Of a DNA stretch of 64,000 bases, positions 35,620-46,443 are shown in pieces. This DNA comes from Candidatus Bathyarchaeota archaeon (GTDB lineage Archaea; Thermoproteota; Bathyarchaeia; Bathyarchaeales; DTEX01): the NCBI GenBank assembly GCA_963714275.1, contig CAVQNT010000007.1, forward strand, positions 96,001 through 160,000, read 5' to 3'. Below the pieces are notes generated by a model. The model was not told the DNA's origin, ran no database searches, and saw only the letters and a list, made by a program, of their open reading frames with translations. How positions within the stretch are numbered: position 1 is the first letter of the stretch; each line of letters begins with the position of its first letter. Made by a program: the position numbers and the translations under genes.

Positions 35620-36621
35620 TCACTTGAATTGTTTCAGTCCTACAGAGTATGCTTCGTAATCCACATACTCTTTCAGTTCTTTGTCAACTTTCATTATTGT
35701 TAAAGTAACCCCAGCCATATCCAAAGATGTGAAGTAATTGCCCACGTAGGGTCGGTATACTGCGATTTCTTTCTTTTCAAGTATGTTATATACTTCATTA
35801 TAAAGTATGTAAAGCTCCAGAATAGGAGTAGCTCCGAGACCTGAAAGCACCACAACGACTTCATCGTTTTTATTAAAAGGTAAGTCAGGTAATACAATAT
35901 TCGTTATTCTCTTAGCAATTCCTTTTGCAGTTTCCAGTTTTGTGGTTCCTAGTCCTGTTTCGCCATGGTGACCAATACCTATCTCCATCATTCCCTTCTC
36001 TATAGTGAAGTTAGGATGCCCTACTTCAGGTATTGTGCAGGGAATCAACCCAAGACTCATGCTTCTGGTATTATTAATCGCCTTTTGAGCAGCAGAAGTA
36101 ACTTCTTCCAAGCTTGCACCTATTGCTGCCTTCGCGCTTCCGATTTTCCACATAAGCACTTCACCTGTAGCCCCTCGCCTGTTTTTTCTATTTGACTTTG
36201 GGGCAGAAGGTACATCGTCATTAGCTATAACTGTTTTCACTTCTATTCCTTCATCGCTTGCCATCTCAATAGCCATGTTAACATTCATTACATCCCCTGC
36301 AAAATTTCCGATAAGACACGCCACACCTTTACCAGAATCCGCCACCTTGAAAGCATCATAGAACATTTGAGCAGGAGGAGACGAAAAAATCTCTCCTACA
36401 GCAACAGCATCAACCATGTTTTGACCAATGTAACCGATAAAGGCGGGTTTGTGACCTGAACCCCCACCAGTTACAATGCCTACTTTATCTTTTATAGGTG
36501 CTTTTCTGTATTTCAGGACTCGAGGATTAGTTGTCTTTGAGATAATCTCTGAGTGTACCTTCACATAACCCTTTATCATATCGTCGACTACATTTCCGGG
36601 ATCATTTATTATCTTCTGCAT
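35620..36621 (-). CDS. dhaK: Dihydroxyacetone/erythrulose kinase K subunit
   Basis: GGGSGHKP, GEIFSSP, NFAGD, GIGHHGE and TSLDMAG motifs. Confidence 0.92.
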   Translation of the reverse strand: MQKIINDPGNVVDDMIKGYVKVHSEIISKTTNPRVLKYRKAPIKDKVGIVTGGGSGHKPAFIGYIGQNMVDAVAVGEIFSSPPAQMFYDAFKVADSGKGVACLIGNFAGDVMNVNMAIEMASDEGIEVKTVIANDDVPSAPKSNRKNRRGATGEVLMWKIGSAKAAIGASLEEVTSAAQKAINNTRSMSLGLIPCTIPEVGHPNFTIEKGMMEIGIGHHGETGLGTTKLETAKGIAKRITNIVLPDLPFNKNDEVVVVLSGLGATPILELYILYNEVYNILEKKEIAVYRPYVGNYFTSLDMAGVTLTIMKVDKELKEYVDYEAYSVGLKQFK

Positions 36622-36624
36622 ACT

Positions 36625-38010
36625 TCACTTTCCCCCTCTATTACTAATCATTTGATCTTTGAAAGATTTTTTTTCAAGAAAATACATTCTTTCAACCTTT
36701 GGTTGAGATCCACCACCTTGAAATTCAGATTTCAACCAAGCATCTATGATTGTTTTTGCCAGTTCTGGACCTACAACTCTTGCTCCCATAGTAATTATCT
36801 GCGCGTTGTTGCTTTTCCTCAACCGTTCCGCGGAATAAACATCATGGCATGTACCAGCGTAGATGCCCTCAACCTTGTTGGCCACAATGGCCATTCCTAG
36901 CCCAGTACCACATATAAGAATCCCCCTATCAAATCTTCTCTTCCGAACCTCTGAAGCAAGGTTGTATCCTATATCGGGATAATAGATTTGTGTGTTACCT
37001 TTTGCATAATTAAGGTCCACAACGGGAATACCTTTACTTGTTAAATGTTCGAAGATGACTTTCTTGAGTATTAGCCCTTCATTATCCGAATCAATTGCTA
37101 TTTCCTTTTTAGCAATTGTTGAACTTGTAAATTCCTCTTGAGCATGTGAGACATCTTTAGCAATAGATTTCAAGTTTCTTAGTCCTTCCACTGCGAGCGC
37201 CTCACCTGATTCAGCGAATCTTCTCCATATTGCACATAGCCTATTTAGTTCCTCGAATCCCGGATCAAACGATTCGATAACTAGTGGTCCTGTATAACCT
37301 ATTGACTTTAATGCCGTGAAGAATTCTTTCCATGGTACTAATCCAGTTCCAGGTATTCCTCTGTTACTTTCACACATATGGACATATCCTAGGTATTCTT
37401 TTCCACAGGTTTTCACTGCGCCTGCGAAACTAGTCTCTTCTCTGATCATGTGGAAGGAATCCAGGTGTACCTTCACATTTCCAGTACCCACATCTTTGCA
37501 ATATCTTACAGCATCATCTGCTATATTCAAAAAGTGAGTTTCAAAACGGTTAACTGGTTCAACTGCGATGAAAAGATCATTCCTTTCTTTTGCATATTCT
37601 GCTACTTCTCTCATTGCTGCTATTGACCATTCCCATTCTTGCCCCGTTCTTGGTTTCCCCGTCAAGTATCCCCATGCTGCATAATTCACACCTCCCAATA
37701 TTCTTGACTCAAGTTCGATATTTATGTCTACTAATTTCTTCATGGAGTTCACTCCATTTGCTCTTATCTTTGAGTCCGGAGATATGAAATTGGTTTTTTT
37801 ATTGAGAGTGGTTGTGGTAATAATCTCTATGCCAGCTTCATTAGCTTTTGTTTTTACTTGCTTTATCGGGAAGGTTTCAGGATGGGCTATTGCTATATCA
37901 AGAACCTCAAATCCCAATTCTTTGGCTTTAGGTATTATCCAAAGGTCTCTTTCCGAAAAATCCTCTGACCATATGAACGAGTCAACACCAAACTTGGACA
38001 TTTTTCGCAC
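36625..38010 (-). CDS. Fusion of a ketose 3-epimerase-like TIM barrel and an RpiB/DerI-like isomerase
   Basis: EPVNRFE, HLDSFH, ESNRG.PG.G and IESF, then YPD, CGTGLG..I.ANK, SNNAQ and GARVVG in one frame. Confidence 0.85.
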   Translation of the reverse strand: MRKMSKFGVDSFIWSEDFSERDLWIIPKAKELGFEVLDIAIAHPETFPIKQVKTKANEAGIEIITTTTLNKKTNFISPDSKIRANGVNSMKKLVDINIELESRILGGVNYAAWGYLTGKPRTGQEWEWSIAAMREVAEYAKERNDLFIAVEPVNRFETHFLNIADDAVRYCKDVGTGNVKVHLDSFHMIREETSFAGAVKTCGKEYLGYVHMCESNRGIPGTGLVPWKEFFTALKSIGYTGPLVIESFDPGFEELNRLCAIWRRFAESGEALAVEGLRNLKSIAKDVSHAQEEFTSSTIAKKEIAIDSDNEGLILKKVIFEHLTSKGIPVVDLNYAKGNTQIYYPDIGYNLASEVRKRRFDRGILICGTGLGMAIVANKVEGIYAGTCHDVYSAERLRKSNNAQIITMGARVVGPELAKTIIDAWLKSEFQGGGSQPKVERMYFLEKKSFKDQMISNRGGK

Positions 38011-38235
38011 CCTTTTTCCAATTATCGGAGTTTTTTATTTATCCTTTTTGGTCAGCTATTTAATTTAGTGCCATACTTTAGAACATTCATATCTAGCTAG
38101 CGTTGAGTTTTGTATATCGATATAAGCTGGAATCGGGAGGTATTCAAATGAAACAGAGACTACTGACAGCTAAAGAAATGCCATCTATGTGACTAGCGAG
38201 CTAGAGATATGGAAAAACGAGTGTTTTAGTTTACA

Positions 38236-38264
38236 GATTAAATTTTAATCCCAACCCAACCCAA
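38236..38264 (+). repeat. Cas1-element end motif (left type)
   Basis: GATTAAATTTTAATC followed by CCAACCCAACCCAA. Confidence 0.8.
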
Positions 38265-38300
38265 GCTGACTAACTATGACTAGGAAATATATAGTCTCTG

Positions 38301-39975
38301 TTATCCTTCAGTCTGAGTCTTCGCTTTAGCTATGAGCTCAACCAAGTTCAGGATCAGTTTGTAGTTGTCCTCAACGTAGCAGAAAGGTTCATTAAGGAAT
38401 GTTAGGTCTCCGATTGCAACTACCTTGCCATTCCCCTTATTAACCAAGACAATGGTTGCGTAATTGTCCGCTTTCTCAGCAACAGAGGAACATGTGTCGT
38501 TGGAGGTCCAAGCCACTCCTTTCCCTGTTGAATGAATGCCTGCGGCTGTGAATAAGACAAGCGAATTCAGATTCCTTGTAAGAGAGTTATACTCGAAATT
38601 TTTTATGTATATATTTCTATAAATCCCGTAATGTTCAGCCTCGTTGTAGAGGTATCCTTTTGCGAAGGATATTCCGAATCTTGTTGCGAGCGAATTCACT
38701 GGGGCGATGATGCCTTGAATTAGTCCTTCCTGCCCAATGTACTCCCAAGCTGGGTCATAGAACATCAGAAGTAACCCTCCTCTATCAACAAACTCACTGA
38801 TGCTGGAACACTCTTCATCCATATAGACTTGTGTTGGACAAGCAACTATGAGGCATGAGGCGTATTCAGACTTGGCGCCCAACTCATCGGGTTGAGTGAC
38901 GAAGCTTACAGTCAAGTTTCTACTTGCGAGCTCCGCAATGAGAATATCGAGATCCCACCACGAAACCTGGTTACCGTGAGAAAGATCAACTATGACATCA
39001 CCATTACTAGATGCAGATGCTGCTGAAGAGATAGGAGAACTGGAGCTCTGAGAGGTTACTTGCGGAGGAAGATATATGTAATGTATTGCTGGAGGTGGGT
39101 GAAGACCGTCTAGAATCTTCAGTGTCAAGTTGCCTGAACTGATTGAGGTATAATTAGAGTATCCTTGCAGGGATGCATATGAGCTGCTGTTGTGTGATGT
39201 TAGCTCAATGACATTGTATGTTGATAAATTTGCTAGTCTTGCTGCCTTCCCGATTGCAGCTTGGAGAGATCCTGCCTCATCAACTAATCCCACATTCACA
39301 GACTTCGCTTCCAAGGTAAATCATCCCCTTTTCCAACTGAATTGATGATAGTTTCAGCTGACCTGTCCTGCTCTTATTTACTGCTGACACGAAATTGTCT
39401 AAGGCATGACTCATGTTGTAAGGAAAGAGAAGTGCAGAGAAGCCTGTGACCTTGTAAGGTCCAGTCTCTAATGTGGTTTCTGATGGAATAAGGGTGGATG
39501 GTCCTGTTCCAATCACACCGATGCTTCCAACAAACGATGTGGGAAGGGCGTAGACGTAATTGGCTGCCACTGCTATATAGTATCCTCCGGAAAGCGCTGT
39601 GACGATTGAAGCTACAACAGGCTTCGTTTCTTTAAGTACCATTAAGTCAAGGTAAACTTGCTCAACATAGTCCGCGTAGCCTCCTCCCGAATCAATCACG
39701 AGTACAACAGCCCTTACGGAATCATTGTGCACCGCCTGATTTACAAGATCAGTATACAAGCTGACATCTGAAGGCGTCTCCACATAACCTTCAATCCTTA
39801 TTATGCCAACGGTTCCCTTTTGTACAACTGGTATAACCGATGGGAACCTAAAAAAAACCTGCGGCAAGATTGCTGAAGCAGCCAAGATGCAGATAACGGT
39901 TATATATAGAATGTCACGTTTCCCCAACCTAAACCCTTTCCCTTCGTTGCCCACACTTGAAAAGATACTCATCAA
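38301..39975 (-). CDS. S49/SppA peptidase fused to a DUF4350/GATase-like domain, frameshifted near 39300
   Basis: IDSGGG, LSGGYYIA, VGSIGV and GLVDE; then DLSHGN, GGLLL and GKVVAIGD. Confidence 0.75.
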
Positions 39976-40052
39976 GAATCCTCCTTGCTCCTTTATGATG
40001 TAGGAATAGGTATAAATATTTCCGCGCGCGCTACAGCCATTGCTTTCAATTC

Positions 40053-40310
40053 TTATTTATTAAATGCGCCTTTGATGAACTTGTTGACAATGTTGATGAT
40101 AATGGATGTCGTCGTCTTCGTTCCGCTTGGAAATGCACCTCTAATGAAGGAATTAAGAATGTTAATTATGAAACCTATCATGCCAATGACGATGATACCG
40201 AGTGTGCAAACTTTTATGGTTATCCACACCTCGCTTCTGTCAGGCTTCTTAGCCAGCCGAATTAGCCTCGAACAGGACTTCAGGAAAGAGCCAAGTCCCA
40301 AATCAAACAA
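40053..40310 (-). CDS. secE: SecE/Sec61-gamma-like protein with a C-terminal extension
   Basis: RLIRLAKKPDRSE...KV..LGI..IG.IGFII. Confidence 0.75.
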   Translation of the reverse strand: MFDLGLGSFLKSCSRLIRLAKKPDRSEVWITIKVCTLGIIVIGMIGFIINILNSFIRGAFPSGTKTTTSIIINIVNKFIKGAFNK

Positions 40311-40431
40311 CTCTTCAAGTTTCTACACAAAGGGAGAAACGACTTCTATATAAGAATATCATTTGATGGCTATTACATTTAAGCTAACTAATACCCTTGT
40401 CACTTTCTCATAAGGCATTCCGCACTCCTCA

Positions 40432-40737
40432 TTAATAATATATTTCATAAGTTCCGGGGCTATCGACGGTTAGGGTCGCTCCGTTAAAATTGTTGTAGGA
40501 CACATCATTTTTAGTTGCAGAGCGAATGCTCGCACCAACTTGGAAAACTATATCACCGGTGCCATTCTCTACTGTTACCTTAACATATCTTTCGCGGATG
40601 TTTATACGAAACTTGTTTATGTCCACGAGTGGCATGTCGCCACCTAATCTGTACGGAGTGTTAAATCCGTGTCCAAAATCAAGTTTTATGTTACCCTTAA
40701 TGTTAAGAACTAATGGCGCTGCAGACCAGTTAATCAT
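40432..40737 (-). CDS. Hypothetical protein fragment
   Basis: 101-aa ORF that looks beta-rich. Confidence 0.35.
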   Translation of the reverse strand: MINWSAAPLVLNIKGNIKLDFGHGFNTPYRLGGDMPLVDINKFRINIRERYVKVTVENGTGDIVFQVGASIRSATKNDVSYNNFNGATLTVDSPGTYEIYY

Positions 40738-41363
40738 TATGCCAGTTCCTAATGAAAATAAATCGTCACTCCATTTGTGGTAGAAACTGCCGGTTAAGGC
40801 ATTATCTTGGGTATCGTTTTCACATTATCGGTGAAAGACGGTTTACATTAACTGAGTGGCATATCTTGGTGGCTTTTACTGATAATCTAAACAAAGGAAA
40901 CATCGAAGAGTTTAAAAATTTTTTTATGGATCTCAATAAGAAATTAAAAAGTTGGATTTGGGGAGATTGCTTCTTATTTTGCGTCATTGCAGAATGTATT
41001 TCTATGAATGTCAATGTAATTCAGTAAAAATATATTTTTATGACTATGTATACTATTTTGTGCGCGAATACGTGGGCTTCAACGAGCTTTATATATTTGA
41101 TTTCAGAGCAGAAATCTACCTTTACATAATCACTAACACAATTATCATTATATCAGGGATTATATTGGCTTTTTACATTGCATGGAAAATTATGCTGTTT
41201 CCAGGAAAAACAAGTAAGTAAGGAAGATGGTTTAGCGTCTTAACCTTATTGGAAGACAAGCTTAATTTTGTAGAGTCCAAGTAAGTGTTTGTGTTTTTAA
41301 AGGTAACATTCAATGCCAAACAATATTCCCATGCTCTTATAGAATTTGCTTGTCATTTCATCC

Positions 41364-41894
41364 TTATGTTTCACTAATATTGATCCACGCTTCACCGTTT
41401 ATCGTCAAGAGGTCTTTTTTATTCTTGAAATCTTGATCCCACATGGTCACTTTTACGTTCTTCAGGTAGAGTATGTCACCATTTTTATCGAGAACATCAA
41501 TGTAGATGACAATGTATGTTTTGCTAATAGCAGGTAATGTAATGTTCACGGGCGTTGAAATCGGAGGTGAAGAAGAAGGATTCAACGGATACACCACTTG
41601 AGTCTCATAGACCAGAGTCTCATTGAATCCTTCCAGATGAAGCTTGTACACATTCTTCAGAGAACTGATCCAACTGTCAAACGAAAACGTGTAGGTCTGA
41701 TATGGATAATAGGAAAAAGTAGAACTCGAATTGATCGGCATATTTGGTACTTGACTCACGGATGAAACAATCGAATTTCTAATCACGTTTGAACCATAAT
41801 ATGTTGCCTGAACGAAAATATATGGAGCAGAGGCACCGATAACTATGCCCATCAGTATGGCACTAACAAGTAAGACCTTTTTGTTCACATCCAT
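41364..41894 (-). CDS. Secreted hypothetical protein
   Basis: Signal peptide or N-terminal transmembrane segment; RBS GGAGG. Confidence 0.6.
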   Translation of the reverse strand: MDVNKKVLLVSAILMGIVIGASAPYIFVQATYYGSNVIRNSIVSSVSQVPNMPINSSSTFSYYPYQTYTFSFDSWISSLKNVYKLHLEGFNETLVYETQVVYPLNPSSSPPISTPVNITLPAISKTYIVIYIDVLDKNGDILYLKNVKVTMWDQDFKNKKDLLTINGEAWINISET

Positions 41895-42062
41895 TCCTCC
41901 TACGTATATCTAGTTAGATAGTAATAATACTAAACATTAGAACAATTGTTCTAATCCTTCGAACGCCTCTATCCCTTGGTGCGGGCGGGGCATTTGTGTG
42001 TTCTAAAACGTAGACATAATAGATTTTTTGTATTTAACTAAAGTTGCCAAAGGTAAAATCAC

Positions 42063-42596
42063 ATGAGAATGCTAGTGGTTCTCGTCTCACTGTTAATGCT
42101 TTTCGCTGTCTCGGGCTACCTTACTTTTTTGGCGGACTCACCTATTCAGACTGCATTAAGTCTGCAACAAATGCAATCAGCAAAAAACGATTTTACGTCA
42201 TACTTCAACGTGTCCAACCCTCCTCGGCTTGAAAATTTCAGTTACTCATTTTCTCCTCCGGTCTCCATGAACCGTGCTGTTCAGATCGCGTTTGAAAGCG
42301 GAGGCTGGAACGAAACCTCGCTTAAAAATAGAACAATACTCGTTTTCCTAGCGTACTGCGCCTTCGTGAACAGCTCTTCGGTCAGCGGCTTCGAATTAAT
42401 AAGAGTAGTAACAGAACCGACCCAAGATTACTCGCCTGTCCAAATTGGCGACACAACCTACCGATATCTCTGGACTATCATCATCAGTCAACCTGGTCCT
42501 ATCCAAAGTATCCCGCCACCAGGCTACTATTATGTTGACGCAGCAACAGTGAACTATTGTCTCCAGGCATCATATGCTAGCCAGATTAAAATTTAA
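42063..42596 (+). CDS. Secreted hypothetical protein (PepSY-like tail)
   Basis: Signal peptide; A.QIA...W...YYVDAAT motif. Confidence 0.55.
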   Translation: MRMLVVLVSLLMLFAVSGYLTFLADSPIQTALSLQQMQSAKNDFTSYFNVSNPPRLENFSYSFSPPVSMNRAVQIAFESGGWNETSLKNRTILVFLAYCAFVNSSSVSGFELIRVVTEPTQDYSPVQIGDTTYRYLWTIIISQPGPIQSIPPPGYYYVDAATVNYCLQASYASQIKI

Positions 42597-42598
42597 TC
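42584..42598. repeat. Exact copy of the 15-bp palindrome
   Basis: GATTAAAATTTAATC followed by a C/T-rich then A/C-rich low-complexity tract. Confidence 0.8.
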
Positions 42599-42800
42599 TT
42601 TTTCTTCTTTCACCCGTTCGTTACCGTTCTCTCGTATTCGTTCACTCTCTGATTAGCCCATTCCCTCTCTCACTCTCTCTCAACACAAAAAAACAAACAA
42701 ATAAAAAAAACACACACAAAAACACACAAAAACAAAAACTTTATACGAACAGAAAAAGAGGGGGAAGTTGAAATCAGAATGATAGCAGTAGATGCTATGT

Positions 42801-43231
42801 TCACTTCTTTGGCGTGGGTACAACGCCGAGTTGCTGCATCAAGCCAAGAGTATCAAACCTTGCCCAGCCTTCAACGAACTTGCCGCCAGCAATGCGGTCG
42901 ATCTGATCCCCCACACCGTCACCTTCTTATTGGTAGGGGGGATGCCCATCAATTCACCTTTATGTGTGCCAGTAAATGTCCAGCGTGCGGCTACCTTGTC
43001 TCCTTCGACGACCATGTCATCCAAGGTCCAATAAATGTCGGAAAACGCGTCATAGTACGCGCTCATAAATTGTTTGAAGTCTTTGAGACCGCGTATATCG
43101 CTGCCTATGCCACTATGAAAGACGTAGTTAGTGGCGTATGTCTCGTCTATTCCGGCCATGGTGGTCGCCTTCCCCTTGTTCCACTCCTCATAAATCCGAC
43201 GCGTGAGTGCCTTAAGATCTTTTGCTGACAT
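42801..43231 (-). CDS. SnoaL-like ester cyclase family protein, copy 2, frameshifted near 42900
   Basis: DDMVVEGDKVAARWTFTGTHKGELMGIPPTNKKV; inverted paralog of 28610-29041. Confidence 0.9.
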
Positions 43232-43329
43232 GACAAATCACCCGCTAAGAATAAGTGAGTGCGCGTGAATATTTAAGCTTAAATAATTCATTGAGCAGAA
43301 GAAAAAAGAAAAGAAATTCTCGATAGAAG

Positions 43330-43420
43330 TTAGAAATCAAAATTAGGCGTTCTGGGAATCCATGTTTCTCTTTCGCCTCTCAGAAACTTGAATAACAAGG
43401 CTTCTTCATTAATCAGCGTT
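43330..43420 (-). pseudogene. cas1 3'-end remnant
   Basis: Translates TLINEEALLFKFLRGERETWIPRTPNFDF* versus cas1 TLINEEALIFAKYLRGERETWAPRIAVT*. Confidence 0.88.
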
Positions 43421-43628
43421 TTTCTTCCGTTTACCCTATACTGCCTGACTCAGTATTAATCAGCGTCCTATCCTAGCTAGTATAGTGCACACACAGTTAG
43501 TATCAGCGTCCATCTCTATGCCTTAACCAACCACTACCTTTTCTTGCAGTGCTCTGCCTTATTTCCAGAATCATAGCAGAGCAGTCCATCTAATGCTTTG
43601 ATTCCATTGATTTTTTTGTGTGTGTGTG

Positions 43629-43661
43629 CATTAAAATTTAATCCCAAAACCCAAAACCCAA
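43629..43661 (+). repeat. Cas1-element end motif (left type)
   Basis: CATTAAAATTTAATC followed by CCAAAACCCAAAACCCAA. Confidence 0.8.
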
Positions 43662-43723
43662 TTACCATACCGTTTCGGGCTTCCAGTACACACGAGAGTG
43701 GGAAAATGATAAAAAATTTAATA

Positions 43724-44026
43724 TTACCAATGACTTCGCAGTCTCTTCCCGCTTACCCTTAGTAATGTTCTGATCATCTTGCCATTTCTAAGAAGTCTGT
43801 GAAGAAGCTCTCCATTTTCTGTTTTTCTATAATAATAATGTTCAGTTTCACGTATTTCCTCAATTAATTTGTCTTTAATTAGAAAATTATCCATCCATTG
43901 TCGGAATTGGGCTTCGTTTCCAAGTATTTTTATCAGATCCCACTTTGAAGACTTTCCCTTTTTTTGATCAATGCAATCAAGAAGCTCTAATGCGATAATG
44001 TCTGGCGCTCTCCTAGGAATAGACAT
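43724..44026 (-). CDS. Winged-helix (HTH_45-like) protein
   Basis: RR...I..ELL...YYYRKTENGE.L pattern. Confidence 0.6.
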   Translation of the reverse strand: MSIPRRAPDIIALELLDCIDQKKGKSSKWDLIKILGNEAQFRQWMDNFLIKDKLIEEIRETEHYYYRKTENGELLHRLLRNGKMIRTLLRVSGKRLRSHW

Positions 44027-44036
44027 AGCAGCTCTC

Positions 44037-44378
44037 CTAGGATTCTTTCAATTCATCCTGAATTTTGAATAACTTAGAGTACTTGCCACTAAGTCTAAAG
44101 TAGTTGAAAATCTGGGCTAATCCACAGAATATCAATACTCCTCCAACGAATAATGGTATGTAAAGGCGACTTTGAAGGACATCCATGTTGGATAGGATTG
44201 TCTCCACGCCAAACAGTAGTGAGATAAGCCCGAAAAACAGATAGGTCTTAACGCCCCAATAAAGGTCTTTTACAAGATCCTTCGCATCAACAATTAGATT
44301 CTCAAATATCGCATTCAGAGTCGATATCTTTTCGACCTGTTTTTTCTCTGTTAGTCCTTCATCCTCCATTTCTATCAC
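44037..44378 (-). CDS. Hypothetical membrane protein
   Basis: Two hydrophobic segments. Confidence 0.55.
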   Translation of the reverse strand: MIEMEDEGLTEKKQVEKISTLNAIFENLIVDAKDLVKDLYWGVKTYLFFGLISLLFGVETILSNMDVLQSRLYIPLFVGGVLIFCGLAQIFNYFRLSGKYSKLFKIQDELKES

Positions 44379-44691
44379 CTACACTCCCAATTCCTGAGAG
44401 TGCATAAAACATTTGTTCTGAAAATAGTCACATAACTACTTCTAGCTGGAATTTCTTGCTTAGGTTTGTGTGATATACGTTAAACACGATACAGGGGATG
44501 CAGAGTAATGAAGCGGATAAGAAAGAGAATTTTAAAGGTGTAATTAAATAGTTTTACATTGTTAGCGATCAGGACCCTGAAGAAAGATACAACGTCTGTC
44601 CCTTTGGTTCATAATCTTAATGTTAATTGTGACTAACATGTGTTTCTCGGTTAAAACTCAATAAGAAAAAACTAGCTAATAGGTGTTTAAT

Positions 44692-44952
44692 GTGAGTACT
44701 AAACGTTCACGGATTGAAATTTACCTCGACATTTTACAGACAATAAAAAAAGGCGTCAACAAGCCCACCCGCATCATGTACAGTACTAACCTTTCCTGGA
44801 AGCCTCTTACGCGGGTTCTCGACACAATGATGGAGCAAAAGTGAATTACTTATGAAGAGATAGGTAACCACATAACTTACAAGATTACAGAGAAAGGCAC
44901 GAATGTGATCAACTACTTCCATGAAGCCATGCAACTCATAGAAATCAAATAA
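44692..44952 (+). pseudogene. Winged-helix HTH_45-like regulator with an internal stop
   Basis: KRSRIEIYLDILQTIKKGVNKPTRIMYSTNLSW...*...ITEKG. Confidence 0.7.
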
Positions 44953-44975
44953 ATTTTAGTCCCACACACAAGATC

Positions 44976-46168
44976 TCATTCAGTCTTATGAAGCATCTTT
45001 TTGTAGTAGTTCTTTGCTGCGTATATCCTTTTGTTTCCTTCAGCTGCACAGATTGATAAGCATCTTGCGCAGGACCATTCTGGAAATAATGATATCATCT
45101 GTCCCCTTTCGTCACAACACTGACCAAAATCAAACTGGAGTTTTCCTTCCCAGAACCTGTGTTTTTGTTTTGCAGTTTGTTCTAGAAACCTTCCATTGGG
45201 GGTTGGAGCAGAATTTGACTGGGCTCCAGAAGGACAGCAACCAATACATTTTCCGCAACCTTCATCATCATAAGGAATGTAAGTGCAGAATCGATACTTG
45301 TTAATTTCTAACTCGGTGTTTGTAAAATCAAATAATTTGAATAGAAACTCACGCCAGTCTTTAGAAGGATAAATAACACCATTACTACCATCATTAACCA
45401 AGTCTTCCTTGTCAAACATGATGATGGACCTGATTGGACCAACAAATCTCTTGACCTCTCCGTCAATAAATTGATCCCTAAAGACGATCCTCGATATTCC
45501 GAACTGCCCAAGACCCATGAGCACAGCGATGCTCTTTTGTGGATAGTTGCCGCCTTTGGATGGTCCATGGGAAACGCCTTGATGCGTTAGAGGTACAGCC
45601 TCTGTGGAAACATTCTTAACGTTCTCATTGTCCATTGCTACTACCACTCTATCATCCGCGACGAGATCAATAGCAACCCTACTGGTAGCTTTATCTATCA
45701 TTAGATTCACATCTTCATACATTCGAGAGAACAGGTGAGAAGAGCCCCTCTTCTTTTCATGGATAAGCGAGTATAATCCTCAATGACTTTTAGAGAAAAA
45801 GGCAGCATTACAGAAATTATCACTACTCGACTATAATTTTTAAGCGCGAAATTGAAGGAACGGGGAACTTGAAAGATTGTTTGTCTGCCATACTCGTCAA
45901 CATTTTCTTTTCTCCTATTTGCATAGAACTCCCAGATCTCCTGTAAACCGACTGGAAAGAAGCCAACAACTGCTGGATTTCTTAACCCTTCCCACAAATC
46001 ATAGTTTAAAGGAACATTCCCAACAGCTAATTTTACAGCAGGCTCCCCATTTTCATCCAAGGCATACTTTATATTATCTCTACCCCACTGGAATTCTGGC
46101 TCTTCTTGCAGTTCAGTTATCTTCTCCTTGAATATGTTTGTAAGTTCGCTTATAACATCTATCACCAT
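44976..46168 (-). CDS. QueG/reductive-dehalogenase-like Fe-S protein, frameshifted near 45740
   Basis: PQKSIAVLMGLGQFGISR, CGKCIGCCPSGA and CARCLSIC motifs. Confidence 0.7.
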
Positions 46169-46443
46169 ATAAAAAACATCTCTTTGGGATTATAATTCAA
46201 AATTTCTATGCTAAACGATTAAAGACTTTTGGTGCATGTGTTTTTTGTATGATTTGTATGATTAATTGGTAGATTAGTTAATTGATTGATATAGTGAGAG
46301 AGAGATTGAGATTGGGTGATCGTTAAGTTGGAATAAAATTTCAATTCCTTCCTTAAAATTTAACCTTTTTCTTCTGTTCTGTGTGCTCTCTACTTTCATA
46401 CAACAAATATATCAAGGGAATGGCTAGCTAGCCAAGTATACGA

